DNA of 64,000 nucleotides from positions 21,328,001-21,392,000 of the forward strand of contig OZ210885.1 in assembly GCA_964658305.1 (NCBI GenBank), written 5' to 3'. The position numbers were made by a program, and so were the translations under genes. The stretch is from Leptogorgia sarmentosa. Lineage: Eukaryota. The stretch's first letter is position 1. Every line of letters starts with the position of its first letter. The notes beneath the pieces were generated by a model that was not told the origin of the DNA, ran no database searches, and saw nothing but the letters and a program-made list of their open reading frames with translations. Positions 25,086-38,756 of the stretch are shown here, in pieces.

Positions 25086-25862
25086 AGCTGGGTTACAGTC
25101 GCTTCTGCGCATGTCTCAAATGTGTACACATTTTGTAAACATTGCCATATAATAACATTGCGTAATTCAGAAAGATGGCTGACACAGGGGAGTGCCAAAT
25201 TGCAATTGTTTTACGCTACAGCAAAGTTGACAGTTTTCAACCGATTCCACCGACCGATAGCATTATTCAGGAACACTTTCGATGCATACCTTTTCGCGAA
25301 ATATTCTTTGCGACCTTCTTGTTGAGTTTGGCGACCAGGATTTGAAGGATTTGCCTTCGAAGCTCTTGGACTTGAAGTAGATGGCCGCGAGTCGGCGATT
25401 GTCAACTTTGCTGTAGCGTGTTGAATTAATATGTGTATTTGTATTTATATGCGACATGATATTTGATACCAACAGCTTACTTATGGGGAATTCATATCAC
25501 TTTGTATAATTTAATTTAGCCACACAAATCCTTCACGTTTAGTTTACCCGGGATGATACTACTATGCACTATGCAATGCAGCTTCGTACGCATTGGGTAA
25601 CTCGGTTTATATTTGATTTTGAAACATTTTCATCACGAAATAATTCATAGAAGCACACTTTTTAATACATATTTTTTAGTTATAAAGTTCTTTTTACCGC
25701 GTTTCTTGCTTTGATGTGAATATATAGGCGAGCTAAAAACAATTGCAATTTGGCACTCCCCTGCGTCAGCCATCTTTCTGAATTACGCAATGTTATTATA
25801 TGGCAATGTTTACAAAATGTGTACACATTTGAGACATGCGCAGAAGCGACTGTAACCCAGCT
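25086..25862. mobile_element. Kolobok-type MITE
   Basis: About 130-bp TIRs starting AGCTGGGTTACAGTCG; TTAA on both sides. Confidence 0.85.
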
Positions 25863-26229
25863 TTAAATGATCAAATATTTGACCACCAGTGATGTTCTCG
25901 AAACCACAGGCAAACCACTTAATTAGCAACATCGTTTTGATTTTTATAAAGCCATCGTTTTGTTTCTTATGAAAAGAACCATATAATACAAGTAATCTCA
26001 ATTAGGTCTCATATTTTAAATTGATTCTATTCTATTTAATATAGGAAAGTACAACAACATTAAATGGATTAAAAGCGTGTGTGAACACCATTTTCACGAA
26101 TTCTAACTTGGCCCTAAAACGCACAAAAAATCTATGGTCGATTATTATTTCGTTTCTATAAAAAAAAACTAACTTCAAACGTGAGATCTAACGACAGCTT
26201 ATAGAATTGATTAATTTGAAGCACATAAG

Positions 26230-29200
26230 AAGACTTAAAAAGCTGACAATACGAGCATCCCACCGTCCCCCGATTTATCTGCCTCACTAACTCTACGTAT
26301 ACTGCTTATAGCTGCATGAATTCCAAAGTGCATTCACTCTCTCAAAATAGGGTTGTTTACGCTTTGCCTTGATATCGCTTGTATCGATACCCAAATGGCT
26401 ATTTCATGTTTACCCTTGGAAACCAGATCACACAGGTTGTGTGAGTCGTACACCACAGCATGCTTTAAAGACAGCTCATCAACTGCGACTGCCAATAACT
26501 CATGGGCGGTAGTTTCTTGTGCAGCAGATTCAAGAGCTTCAAGTTAATCTTCTTCTGGCACAAGGGCTTTCTTTGAGGCAAGTCTAGAGAAAAAGCTTGC
26601 CACTTGTTTAGCAGTTAGAAACTCCTCAAATGCAAATAGCCTTGAACCATTCACATCCTTGGTTCGTCGCATTGATTTAGCTACTGATGATGGGTCAGCC
26701 TTGTGATGAGAGAGCTCCCCTATCTTAAATTTGTCTTCCAGATAGGAGCGTTGCGCTGGCAAAAAACGTCGCCTTCCCTCGTTTGCTTTGAGTGCCCAGC
26801 CAATACTTTGTTGGATTGGTCTTCCCGAAGCTGATGCTGTAGTTTCCGCTGTTATGACAGGAGCAGGAGCAGTGGTCCCCCCCTCTAGGGAATCAGCATA
26901 CTTTCGGGCAGATACATCGAAAAGTGTCTCCCGCTCCAAGGTGAACTGGTGTTTTCCACAGTCAAGATGACATAACATTGAAGTGTGTCGTAAGAACGTT
27001 TTTTCGCAGCCATCTTCAGGACAGGAAGCCAAACCATCTGCTTCCTCTTGTTTCACAGATGGCTGATTCCCTTGGTCGGTTTTAGCTTTGCCTGTGTCCC
27101 TTTTAGCCGTGCGGTGCTTCACTTCAGGAAACAACATTGAGGGAGGGTATTCCGTCACTTGATAACATGGCTTCACACATTTGCTCTGGTGTACTTATGT
27201 CATGTTCGGCATTCAGATAGATGTTCATGTAGGATTTAATCGTAGCCGCTTTCCGATCAAATGCCCCTTTACCTCCTTGGGGGTCCGAAAAATCAAGGCG
27301 TTTCAGTGTTACTCATGCCTTCTTCCCCAGTGCACTGCTAGAAACGATTGTTTGTCCGCTATGGTGGCAACCCGCGTTGTCCTGGCGATAATATAGCATC
27401 GAGAAGGAAGCCACAGCCTTCTTTAGCCTTTCGACAACATCCTCCATGACAGCAACCACTGCTTCGCTTTCCTGGGTCACGTTTTTGAATATATGACAGA
27501 AAGTCATAATTTCGAGTTTTTCATCAACCTTTCTGAAGGCCACACTGAGGTGCTAAGAAATGCCGCGCTTGCCAAACCAGTCGGTTTGACTCTCACGATA
27601 TTTCCTTGGCAGGTATTTCATGGCCCAATCCTGGATCACAAATATAGTAAACTCGCCGAGGGATGTTAGGATGTTTGTTCTGGCTGTATCTTGATACATG
27701 GACCGCAGGATATGGGCCTTCCAAGACATGATACTTGATTTGGATTGGTTCACGACAAATCGAAGTTCTTCGAATTCGTCTTCGGATATGCAACCTCTCT
27801 GTTTTTCAAGAGCGCCATCTATATGATCAAGTACCGACATGATCTCTTCGCAACGGTCACACTGATGGCCATGTTCATGATCGCAATCAATTCGGAATGC
27901 TGCAACCTTAGGATCACTAAGAGCAAACCTTCTGCAGTGATCAGCCACTGTACAGTACGTTCGTTTTGATTATGCCAATAGAAGTTCTAGCTATACAATA
28001 CGAATCAATGTGGAAATAATAGCTGTAAACATATATGTGGTAAAAGAAGCTATAATTGTTCCTCCAGTGCATAATATTAATAGCTAAAATGATATTTGTG
28101 AACAATTATATGCTTGAGAAACGAAATAAGTCACGTCTGAAAGCGTCCGGCTTCATTACACAAGGTAGTTTACTTGACACAAACATGGGCAAGAACAGAG
28201 ATGTTATTGATTCTGATCGGTTAAAAATTACGTCAATGTTAGGCAGTGGCAAGTCTACGCTCGAAATAGCAAAAAATATGAATCGTGACCATAGAACCAT
28301 CAAGAAATTTGTGTTTTCTGGCAAAAGCAAGAGAAAAACGCCAAAAAGAAGCCATTTGAGAAGGCTATCCCATAGGGACATTCGCAAACTAAAGATTGAG
28401 ATTGCAAAGACACCCCACGCAACAAGTAAAACAATATTTGACAACACTGGTGTCCCAAAAATGGGGAAAACGGCCCAATGCCAAACTCTGAAAAGTCTCG
28501 CCAAAGTGATGAAACCAATAAAACAACCTCCATTAACCAAAATTCATCAATCGAAAAGGTTAGAATGGGCTCAGAGGTATATGAAGACAGATTTCCAGAA
28601 TGTGTTGTTCACAGATGAGTGCCGTGCTACCCTCGATGGACCGGATGGTTGGTCGTCAACCCCAAGTTAGGATTCGTCGTCAACAAGGTGGTGGAGGCGT
28701 AATGTTTTGGGCAGGAATCAAAGGAGACTCCATTATTGGACCGTTCAAAGTCGAGCAAGGGGTTAAAATTAATTCAGAGTCTTACTGCGAGCTCCTTAAC
28801 AAATACCTCATGCCTTGGTTGGAGGAGCAGCCTCTGTCTCTGCGGAGAACCATGATTTTCCAGCACGACAATGCCCCCGCGCATAAATCGAAGTACACCT
28901 CTGAATGGCTTAAAAAAGCTGGCATCAACAACGACAAGGTGATGATGTGGCCTCCAAATAGCCCGGATTTAAATCCCGTCGAGAACTTGTGGGCCATCAT
29001 CAAGAGAAGAGTATACTGCAATGGAAGGCAATTTACAAACTTGAATGACCTCTGGAATGCTATTAAAAAAGTCTCAGCATCAATAACACCTACTGAAGTA
29101 TCAAATCTTACCACTTCGGTTGACCAACGCCTTGTGAAAATTCTAGGAAATAAGGGATGTCATGTTCATGCATAATAGCATGACATGTGAATTTATCGCT

Positions 29201-29590
29201 CTCATTGTACAGCCACATTTTCCAAACCGGATGGAATTTTTGTGTTTCGCTTGTTGTTGGCTGATGGTTTTTAATAATAAGGTATTTTGCAGCTATTTGT
29301 TTTGTGATATGAGCCCAATATCAGCCTTGAAATATCGTAAATGGCAAGTTGCATAATCAGAGCGAACGCCAGTTTTTACATTATTTCACAAAGTGGTGAG
29401 ATTAAAATTGATTTGTTCTAATATTTTAATATTTTGGTTTATAAAATTTACGTACGGATGTGATATAATCATCTACAGTTGCAATTTTGAAAACGGGTAG
29501 CTGAAGAAAGTTCCAGCATGTATATTATGGATTTGCAAAATCAAAACGAACGTAGTGTAGAGGTCTCTGAAACGTGCACCTGGAAGTTAA
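26230..29590 (-). pseudogene. Degraded Sola3-like DDD transposase, interrupted by a Tc1 element
   Basis: QDWAMKYLP..YRESQTDWFGKRG, DNAGCHH, C2H2 finger CPEDGC...H...H, GWALK. The frame VHVSETSTVADHC is restored across the Tc1 insertion. Subgroup assignment is from motif recall. Confidence 0.65.
27953..29557 (+). mobile_element. Tc1-like DD37E (TRT-like) transposon with frameshifted transposase (about 28185-29175)
   Basis: TIR CA(G/C)TACGTTCGTTTTGAT; TA TSD; FTDECRATLDGPDGW, QHDNAPAH and SPDLNPVE motifs, with 37 residues between the second D and E. Confidence 0.92.
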
Positions 29591-29635
29591 GAAAGACTTT
29601 TCAGTTGACAATGGACCTCCTCCTTTTTTCAACCC

Positions 29636-31165
29636 TTGCGGCAAAGTTGTCCACTCTCTCCATTACTGTACGTTCTGTCGATTGAGGTGTTAGCAGCTAA
29701 CATCCGGTCTGCCCCAGGTATAACTGGGGTTTTTCTCCCTCAATCATTGGAACAGTTTAAATGCTCTGGGTATGCCGACGATACGACGATTGTGCCTACC
29801 ACGGATGAATCTATCGAGGCAACCTTCGAGGTGTATTCTCAGTTTGAGAAAGCCTCGGGTGCTCGTTTGAATCGTGGCAAATCTAAGGGCATGTGGCTGG
29901 GCTCCTGGAAGCACCGTACTGATACCCCTCATGGTATCCAGTGGGTTAAGGAGCTTCCAATACTTGGTGCAACCTTCAGTGCCGCTGACTATAGTCAGCC
30001 AACCTTTGAGCCAGCCGTTTCCAAGTTGGAGAAGCGTTTGTCAGACTGGTCTGGACGCAAACTGTACTTTCAGGGCAAGGCTACAATTATCAACACCCTG
30101 GCCTTGTCCAAGATATGGGATTTGTGTCATGTCTTCCCTGTTCCGAAGTGGGCGGTTCAGAGGCTTCACAAGGTTGTTTGGAAGTTCTTCTGGTCTGGCA
30201 AGCGGGATCTTGCTGCCCGCAAAGTTGTCTGCCTTCCCAAATCCAAGGGTGGATTTGGAGTTATCGATTTTCAACTCAAGGCAGACGCTTTTGCCATTCA
30301 ATGGGTAAACCGTTTGTTCACCGATGATCGTGGTAAATGGAAGGAATTTTTTGCCCATTTTGTTTCTGCCTCACTTGGTTGCGAGGCTTGTGAGGCCCTT
30401 TTATCTTCTTTTTCCCAACTTCGTTTGAGAGCCTTGCCCGAGTTTTATCGTATCATCGTTTGGGTGTGGCAATCTCTCGACGGGGGCCTTACTGGCAATG
30501 ACTTGTGCATTGCTGCCTCCTCTGCCTCCTCTGCCTCCCCACTACCTGTGGATAACATATCTAGTAGAAATGTATACCAAATTAGTCAAACCAATTTAAA
30601 TAGCCAGCCACATTGTATAGCCACATTCATGCCGCAGTATGGACCTCTACATTGGCCCCAAACTTGAAGTCAGCTCCATCTCTGTCCATTTGACCGGCCT
30701 GTGATCGACCTGAACTGGCAAATAGCGCACGGCATTCTCTACACTGGCTCTTGCTTGGGGACCCGTTTTAACATGCCCAACATCGATACGCGCTGTTTCT
30801 GTCGAGCAGATGAAGAAACGATGGAACATCTGTTTTTCGAATGTGAGCTGGCTCGCCTTTTGGTGGCATGGGTACATTACAATTTATGGCAGATATGTCC
30901 TACTGCCGCACCATTTACCGTCACGGAACTCTTGTTCAGCTTCTCGTCCAAACAGCGGCGCATTGTGCCCCCCGTCATCGTGTACATGCTCCGCATGATG
31001 AAACACACCATCTGGCTGGCTCGCTGTGATTTCCGTTTCCGTGGTAAGCGGCCAATTGCCTCGGATTGCCAGGCGAAAAGCATTGCAAAAATAAACTTTG
31101 TCCTTCATCTCTTTGGTCATCGGTGCAAGCTCCCTGCTCAAGTGCGATTTTTTGCGAGGGATTGG
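29636..31165 (+). mobile_element. Tx1/L1-clade ORF2 fragment (RT C-terminal half plus zf-RVT)
   Basis: RQSCPLSPLLY, YADDT, LPKSKGGFG, CFC..DEETMEHLFFEC; internal stop at 30665. Confidence 0.88.
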
Positions 31166-31590
31166 CTCGTTACTTTAACAACTACTGAGATTAGAAATAC
31201 ATTCCCATCTCGTTACTTTAACAACTACTGAGATTAGCAATACATTCCCATCTTGTTACTTTAACAACTACTGAGATTACAAACACATTCCCATCTTGTT
31301 ACTTTAACAACTACTGAGATTACAAATACATTCCCATCTCGTTACTTTAACAACTACTGAGATTAGAAATACATTCCCATCTCATTACTTTAACAACTAC
31401 TGAGATTAGAAATACATTCCAATCTCGTTACTTTAACAACTGCTGAGATTAGAAATACATTCCCATCTCATTACTTTAACAACTGCTGAGATTAGAAATA
31501 CATTCCCATCTCGTTACTTTAACTACTGAGATTAGAAATACATTCCCATCTCACTAATCATCTACTGAGATCAGAAATAGATTCCCATCA
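31166..31590 (+). repeat. 43-bp minisatellite, about 10 copies
   Basis: Unit CTCGTTACTTTAACAACTACTGAGATTAGAAATACATTCCCAT, head-to-tail with no spacers. Confidence 0.97.
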
Positions 31591-32704
31591 TAGACATGCT
31601 TAATTTGGTCGAATCATTTTGTTTACAGTTTTTAAACAGGAATGAAAACATTGTTGTTCTTGGGGATTTTAACGGTCACTTATGTGATATCAGATCAGGA
31701 CAACAAGAAAATGCAAGAGGTAAACAGCTAAAACGAATGTTCAACAACTTCAACATGTTAGCGATTAATTCTCAGGACTGCTGCTCAGGCGCCATGTATA
31801 CATATGTGTCATCAGTTGGTAGTACTGTTGTGGACTATGCTTCTGTTAAACAAACGATGCTAAAGTACATCGAAACTGTTGAAATATATGAAGACCATCC
31901 AGACAATACATCATACCATTTACCAATTCTTTTATCTTTTAATTTCCCTGGGGTCAATGTTGCCGACGAAGGTTCGAATTCAAATAGCTATTCAAAACCT
32001 GTTATAGCCTGGAAAAAATGTACTGTTAAGCAATTAGAAGATTATGCAAATACGTTGAATAATCGCACTGGTGAATTTATGAACTCCACCATGAATGAAA
32101 TGCCAAAGCCAATTCTTGATAATTTTGTGAAGTGCCTTAGCGATATTATTGTTGAATCTACAACGAAACTACCCAAGTTGAAATATAAAAAATATATTAA
32201 ACCCTACTGGAGCGATAAACTGAAGAATTTAAGTAAGTAAACTAAAGCAGCGTGGCATGTTTAGGTGGCTGCTGGGAAACCGAGAGGATTCTGTTTTGAA
32301 GCCTATAGGAAATATAAACAAAGCAAAGCTCGTTTCAGAAAAGAACTACGCTATTCAGTTAAGCAGTATGAGCAAAAAGAATTTGAAAGCATTGCGGATC
32401 AAGAGGAATTAGATCAAATTCAGTAGTGGAAATACGTAAACAGAAAGAATTGTAAAGCAAAATCAGCAAATGCTTATACTCTACATTTGAATGGGCAAGC
32501 CGTTAATGACCCCAATGAAGTTGCAAATTGTCGGGCTAATTACTATGAAAAGTTATTCTCTCCCCTACAGTATCAGTGCTTTGACAACAAATTTTATGAG
32601 GAGGTCAATACAGCCGTAAATCGACTCAAGTCAGAAACTCGTGACAATCCAGATGACATATTTGATACTCCAATATCTATTGCAGAAGTTAACGAAGTTG
32701 TTAG

Positions 32705-33312
32705 TGTAGGCTTGATTTTAGATTTCTTGAGCTTCGTTTGGGCCTACAGGGGTGATGGCTCTTTTGATCACGTGAGGGTTTCGAACTTCGCTGGACAATA
32801 GACTATTTTCAGTTCAGTGTTTCGGTAGACTTTAATTATTTCGAGATATCTATTCGGTTACAAGTGACTATCGATTGTGCGAGTTCGAACTAGAGTAGGA
32901 AAATGAACTATGATAAATTTATGGCTAAACATTAGGATATATAAAGGTTATATGGACTATACTATAATGTACGTAGCGTTCGTGATGCTAACATCTGTTC
33001 CTTATTTTGTGATATATTTTAAATTCGCTAACAGATTAAACAATATCTATATTTAAGCTTACTTTGGTCTCCTCTCTATCTTCTTTAAATTGATGAGCCA
33101 ATAGTTCAGTAGAGATTGAGGTTTTGGGTTAGGCTATTTATGTTATATATATCTTAATGTTCGCTCTCTTCACTCTGATCGTAATCTGACTAATCTCCTC
33201 CTTTCCCCCCTCGTCACGAATTTCTCAACAATGTATCTGTTGTGTTCACTGTTCGGTGCTATATATTAACTATTTAAGTAATTAAGTATTTAAGAGTTGA
33301 TTCAAACTAACA
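32705..33312. mobile_element. Solo LTR (608 bp)
   Basis: TG...CA ends and 5-bp TSD GTTAG. Removal restores the LINE frame EVVSSLPNGKAHG. Confidence 0.9.
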
Positions 33313-34594
33313 GTTAGCAGCCTTCCTAATGGAAAAGCGCATGGTTTTGACTGCATCACTAACGAACACATTAAGCTTGGCGGTTCAAGGTTGAGAGAGG
33401 CGCTTGTTTATGTGTTTAATCAGATTATTATAGAGAAATATATTCCAAGCTCTTTTAAACTTGCTATTAAAATCCCGATTGCAAAGGATAGTAAGTAGAA
33501 CATGTCCTTCGATAATTCGAGAGGTATTAGCCTCCTAACAACTTTCAATAAAACATTGGAAAATATAACTCTGCCACGTATAAATAGTAAGCACAACGGT
33601 TGTATTGATGAACTACAAGGTGCATACCAAAAGCAGCAAAGTGCACTGACCAGCGCATTCATCATTGATGAAGTAATCAATCATTCTTTGGAAGACGGTG
33701 ACAGGATATTTGTCGGCTATGTCGGCATTGCAAAGGCCTTCGATAGAATGTGGATAAATGGCATGCTTTATAAACTATATTTCAACATAGGTATAACAGG
33801 CAAACCTGGCGACTAATTTACAATTGGTATTATGATATGGAGGAGTATGTTTGTATTCATGGCAATCACTCTCGTATATATAAACTGCATCAAGGAACTC
33901 GGCAAGGAGGTGTTCTATCCCCATGGATCTTTTTAATATTTATCAATGATCTTATTACAGAATTGAAAAAAACCAAATCAGGTGTAATAATCAACAATTT
34001 GGAGGTAGGATCACCAATGTTTGCCGATGATCTTACACTATTGGCGCGTTTAAAATGGGGTTTAGATTCAATGTTAAGTACAGTAAGCAAGTTTGGTAAT
34101 CTATGGTGCTTGGTATTCAATATTAAAAAGTCTGTTATATTAACATTTGGTGAAAGAACATACTCAGAATAAAAGCAGACGAAACTGGAAATTGGGCTCT
34201 GATTGTATTAAAGAATGTGCGACATGGGAAAGCTTGGAGAAAGTGTGGTGTATTGAAAAATCCAAAAAGTGCTTGCATATTGTTGACAAGAGCAAAGCTC
34301 TGGAGCTCTTGTGGTACTATTATGAAGCTTGGAGGCAAATCCTTCGGACTCAATCCTTTAGTTTCTTTGAAGCTATGGAAAAGCATAACTCTGCCGTCTA
34401 TGTTATATGGCTGTGAACTGTGGAGAATTAGCAAAAAGGAAATTAAGCGTTTAGAGAAAGCTCAAAACATGTTGGTTCGCATCATGCAAGGCTTATTACC
34501 TGGTTGCTCGGGATAGGCTGCCAGAGGAATGCTGGGTATATTATTTATGGCGTATGAGCAGAGTTGGTGGGGGAAAATATGCAATCATCTACAG

Positions 34595-37500
34595 CAGTGG
34601 TGGCGCCAAGGGGGGGCTGGCGGGGGCTACAGCCCCCCTGTCGGGGAGCTCTAGCCCCCCCGTCGGGGAAAATTCATAGATTCGTTGGGGAAAACTGAGA
34701 AAAAAATTGAAGGAATTCGTTCTCCCGCATATTACCAAGTTAATTAATAATTCACGTTAAATTCGTTAATATTTATTCACTTCTGCACTATAGTACACGC
34801 GTTATGCAAGTTCGCTTACGTACCAGACATTCCAAACATTCTCCTGATGCAATGGTATTAATTGCACATGCATGGGTATTCATTCTGCTGACGCAATGGT
34901 ATTGCGACATGCAGACAAAACTGTTTAGTCATCAATATATAAATATAGCATGCTAAATGACAACATTGTAATTACCTCATATTCTAAATGTAGCTTTCGT
35001 GGAGCATATATAAACGTAGCAATGTACACTTGCGCATTTTATGTAAATAACTCTTATAATACAGTAAAGATATTTCAGTCTATCTCACTTGGCGCATTCA
35101 AGAGGACATCGACGACTTTCCACACGAAATAAGTGTTCTGCGCAATATTTCTACGTGAACCGGCAATAATCTCCTCCAATTTGGAAATCGGAAAGCAATA
35201 CTCGCTCTAAAAACGTAGCTATTTGGCTGTATTTACTGGTTACATATTCTTTATGGCAAAGGCTGTGCGCTTTAAAGTTCGTTGCACAGTTTGTCATGAG
35301 GTTTTTCAAAACGACTACGTTGGGAAACATACAAAATCTAAACACAAAGACCTTCACGCGTCTGGTCGCCAGGCACCCGTAACCATTGAGTTGGATACGT
35401 CTGATACTCGTCAAAGTAACATGGATGCCTTTTTCCGCTCAACTCCTGCCGACGACTCAAATTCCAGTGGTGCGAAAAAGAGAAAAATAGCCACTAGCGT
35501 TGAGATTACAACATTGTCTGATCGAGAGGAAGGTGATGAACCGGTAACAGACCATGGAGAGTCAATTAGAAACACTCAAAAAGGTAAATTTCCGTGAATA
35601 TCTCCTTAGAAATAGATGACTTCCATACGTGTCATACAGTAAGGAATAATTAAATGAATAAATAAATAATAAAGTGCGACATTGAAACAATTATTACCCC
35701 TATTTTTTATCACACTAATTATTTGATTAACTTCCGATTTAATAAGTTGCCATTTCTTTCAAACTCTTAATTAGAACCTATTCTAACTGAACATCAAGAA
35801 AAAGAGGACATTATAGAAGAAAGTGATGGAACTAGCTCGGGTGGTGAATTGTCGGATGATGGGTCAGATGATGCTGATCCTGCTGGTCTTGGAGATAAGA
35901 TGAGCATAGGTATATATTTTCATTTTTAGACACTTTAAATTTTGACATAGAATATAAAGTTGACAATATATTGCACTTCCACAACTAGCAATGAATTATA
36001 AAAGGGTGACACCATTCCCAATACAGTACTCTATATCGAGGTTGTTCATGTTTTTTATTCATAGATAAATCTGATGGACAAAGTAATAGCAGTGGTGTAC
36101 ACGAGGGGTCTAAGCTAGCAACAAATTTATCAGGACCGGATGATATCTCTTTGACGAAAGATGATCAACCAGTGCAACCTCGAAAGATTAAATTCCCTTC
36201 TCATATAATTGGTCGACAGTACAGGTCATTTAATCCCTCTCTCTATGATAAATACTTGTGGTTAGAATACTCGGGATGTGAAGACGCTGTGTACTGCTTT
36301 TACTGCAGACATTTCTTGGCCGAAAGAAAAGAGGCAACCTTTGTTACCCATGGTATGCGGAATTGGAAAAAGTGCTATGGAACAAAACCGAATAACAACA
36401 AATTGCTTCAACATCAAACCAGCTTTCAGCATGCTCAATCTGTTGCAGCTCACGCTCACTACCTGGATATCAAATCTGGTAAATTCCAATCTGTTGCTGA
36501 ACTTTAGGATGCTGAGCATGCAAAGCAGATAAAGGATAATAGACACTATTTGCACACTATAGCTGAAATTCTTCTTGTTACTGCCCAACAGAAAATTGCC
36601 CAGCGGGAGACTGGCAGATCATTTCGTGTTAAGGACATCAAAAGAAAATCTCTCATGTTTGGACAATTATTCTTTCCGTTGTTGCCAGACATGACTCAGT
36701 TATTGCTGAAAGAATTCGATACGGCCCTGCAAATGCAAAATACATCCATCACACCATCCAGAAAGCTTCGTTAGATATTATGAAGGACATGACTTTAGAA
36801 CAGATTCAAGAAGAAGTTCGCAAAGCTGTATATTTTACAGTTCTTGCTGATGAATCTAAAGATACCAGCAAAAAGGAACAGGTTGTCGTTGCAGTGCGGT
36901 ACTGTCTTAATAACAGTATCCATGAAGAATTTGTTGGAATTGCCGAAGCACAAAGTTTGGATGCAGACAGTCTTACCGATACCATTATCAGCCAGTTAAG
37001 GAGGATTGATGCCGCCAATATGAAGAACTGTGTTGGGCAGGGCTATGATGGAGCATCTGTGGTTGCTGGTCGGTTGAATGGAGTGCAAAAGAAACTTCGA
37101 GAAAAAACTGGTTCTGAAATGGCCTACTACGTGCATTGCTACTGTCACAGATTAAATCTTGTAATTGTTGATGTGGTGAATTCGATCATGTGTGTGGCAA
37201 ATATGATTGCTCTTATTAAAAAGATACATTCATTTCTTGGCACCAGCACTGTACATGAACGATGGGAGAAGGCGCAAGAAATCCGTGGCCTAAAAAGAAT
37301 GGAAATTGGAAATATTTCCGATACGCGGTGGGCATGCCAGGCTAAACAGTTGACTGCAATGGCAAAAAGGATCGAAGTTGTCCACGAAGTGTTGGAAGAA
37401 ATCATTGACAGTGACAATGATGCCGATCGTGTTGTTGATGCGAATGGATTTAAGCTACAGATAGATCGCCGTTTTGTGCGATATCTTTTAGTTACCAAGC

Positions 37501-38560
37501 ATATTTTGAAGAAAGCGAAGTTTGCCTCAGATATGTTGCAGAAGCCAACCAACGATCTATCCAATGCAATTGACCTTATTGCAACTCTTAAAGAGGAAGT
37601 AGGCGCCTGCCGCTCGCTCGCGAAATGCCAGCAGTTTTGGGATGAAGCTGAAGATGTTGCCGACTGTTTGAACCTACCAGACGATGTACGACCTGTTCGA
37701 AACAGACGACCGCCAGCGGCTTTACAAGATTTTTATGTGGAAGCTAACATCGAAGAGAATCTCGGACAAGCGGGTTTCGATGAATTCGTTCGAGACCTTT
37801 ACAAAATGGTAGACAAAGTAAATGCAGAACTTAAAAGAAGATTTGACGAGAAGAACATTGTTATGATGCAAGGTGTTACTTCATTGTGCCCAAGTTCTTC
37901 CAGCTTCCTAGATGAAGATTCGCTTGTGGCTTTTGCAAAGTTATTTAATGTCAATACCGATTGCCTACGCTGCGAAATAGCAACCTTTCATCACTTGCTT
38001 AAATGAAAGGACAAGGAAGATGACCCAAAAGGACTTCTTCAGATGCTATCTTACCTGGAGACGTTAAAGGAAGCATTCTCTGAGCTGCATCGCATTGTTC
38101 TGATTGCCTGTACTTTACCTGTTTCATCAGCTGAATGTGAAAGAAATTTTAGTTTAATGAAGCTGATAAAGAATGAACTCCGTTCAGTAATGAAACAGGA
38201 GCGTCTGGACAGCCTTATGATGTTGGGAATTCACCGCTAGCGAGGAGAAAAACTGGACTTAGATAACGTAGTAGATAGGTTCAAGGCCAGATTTCCCAAA
38301 TGCCGAATTTCACTTTGAATTTAGATTTCCCAAATGCCGAATTTCACTTTGAATTTAGATGGATTTTTCTGTGGGAGTTACTTATGGTCATGGTTAATAG
38401 CTACACTTCCTAAAATTTATGTTTCCGCGAGGGACACGCGTGTCTGGACTTCCTACTGTATAAACTTTGTATATTGATTCGTATATGTGAGGAGGCATAG
38501 GAAAAGGGACCTATAGGACCCAGAGAGCAAATCTGAGATTTTGGTGGTTTTGTGATTTTA
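34595..38560 (+). mobile_element. Second hAT transposon (ZMYM1-like); right end not found
   Basis: Left end CAGTGGTGGCGCCA with G/C-rich subterminal repeats, followed by a transposase gene. Confidence 0.85.
35253..38318 (+). pseudogene. Three-exon hAT transposase (35253-35583, 35775-35909, 36065-38318) with stops and frameshifts
   Basis: Phase-compatible GT-AG introns; TTF finger, LADESKD, GQGYDGA, YVHCYCHRLNL, DTRW and dimerisation motif LPVSSAECERNFS. Confidence 0.88.
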
Positions 38561-38756
38561 AAGGACTAGAAAAAAGTACCACATAAATTTTAAACATCAT
38601 CGTGAAATGGAACTTGCATTTTTAGCTCCTTTATTCAGGCCCTCGAAAAAACACAATTGGAATGTTTTATAGTTATCATAAAAAGCAGTTATTAGAGTCC
38701 CATTGCTATATTATGTGTTGAGTGTCTAGCATGAATGTAATTCCAAAGGCAAAGAT

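Noticed and set aside
31166..31590. 43-bp repeats as a CRISPR array
   Set aside because: The units are head-to-tail with no unique spacers, there are no cas genes, and the context is eukaryotic.
38289..38360. 34-bp direct duplication at the hAT stop codon
   Set aside because: It looks like a local slippage duplication with no sign of function.
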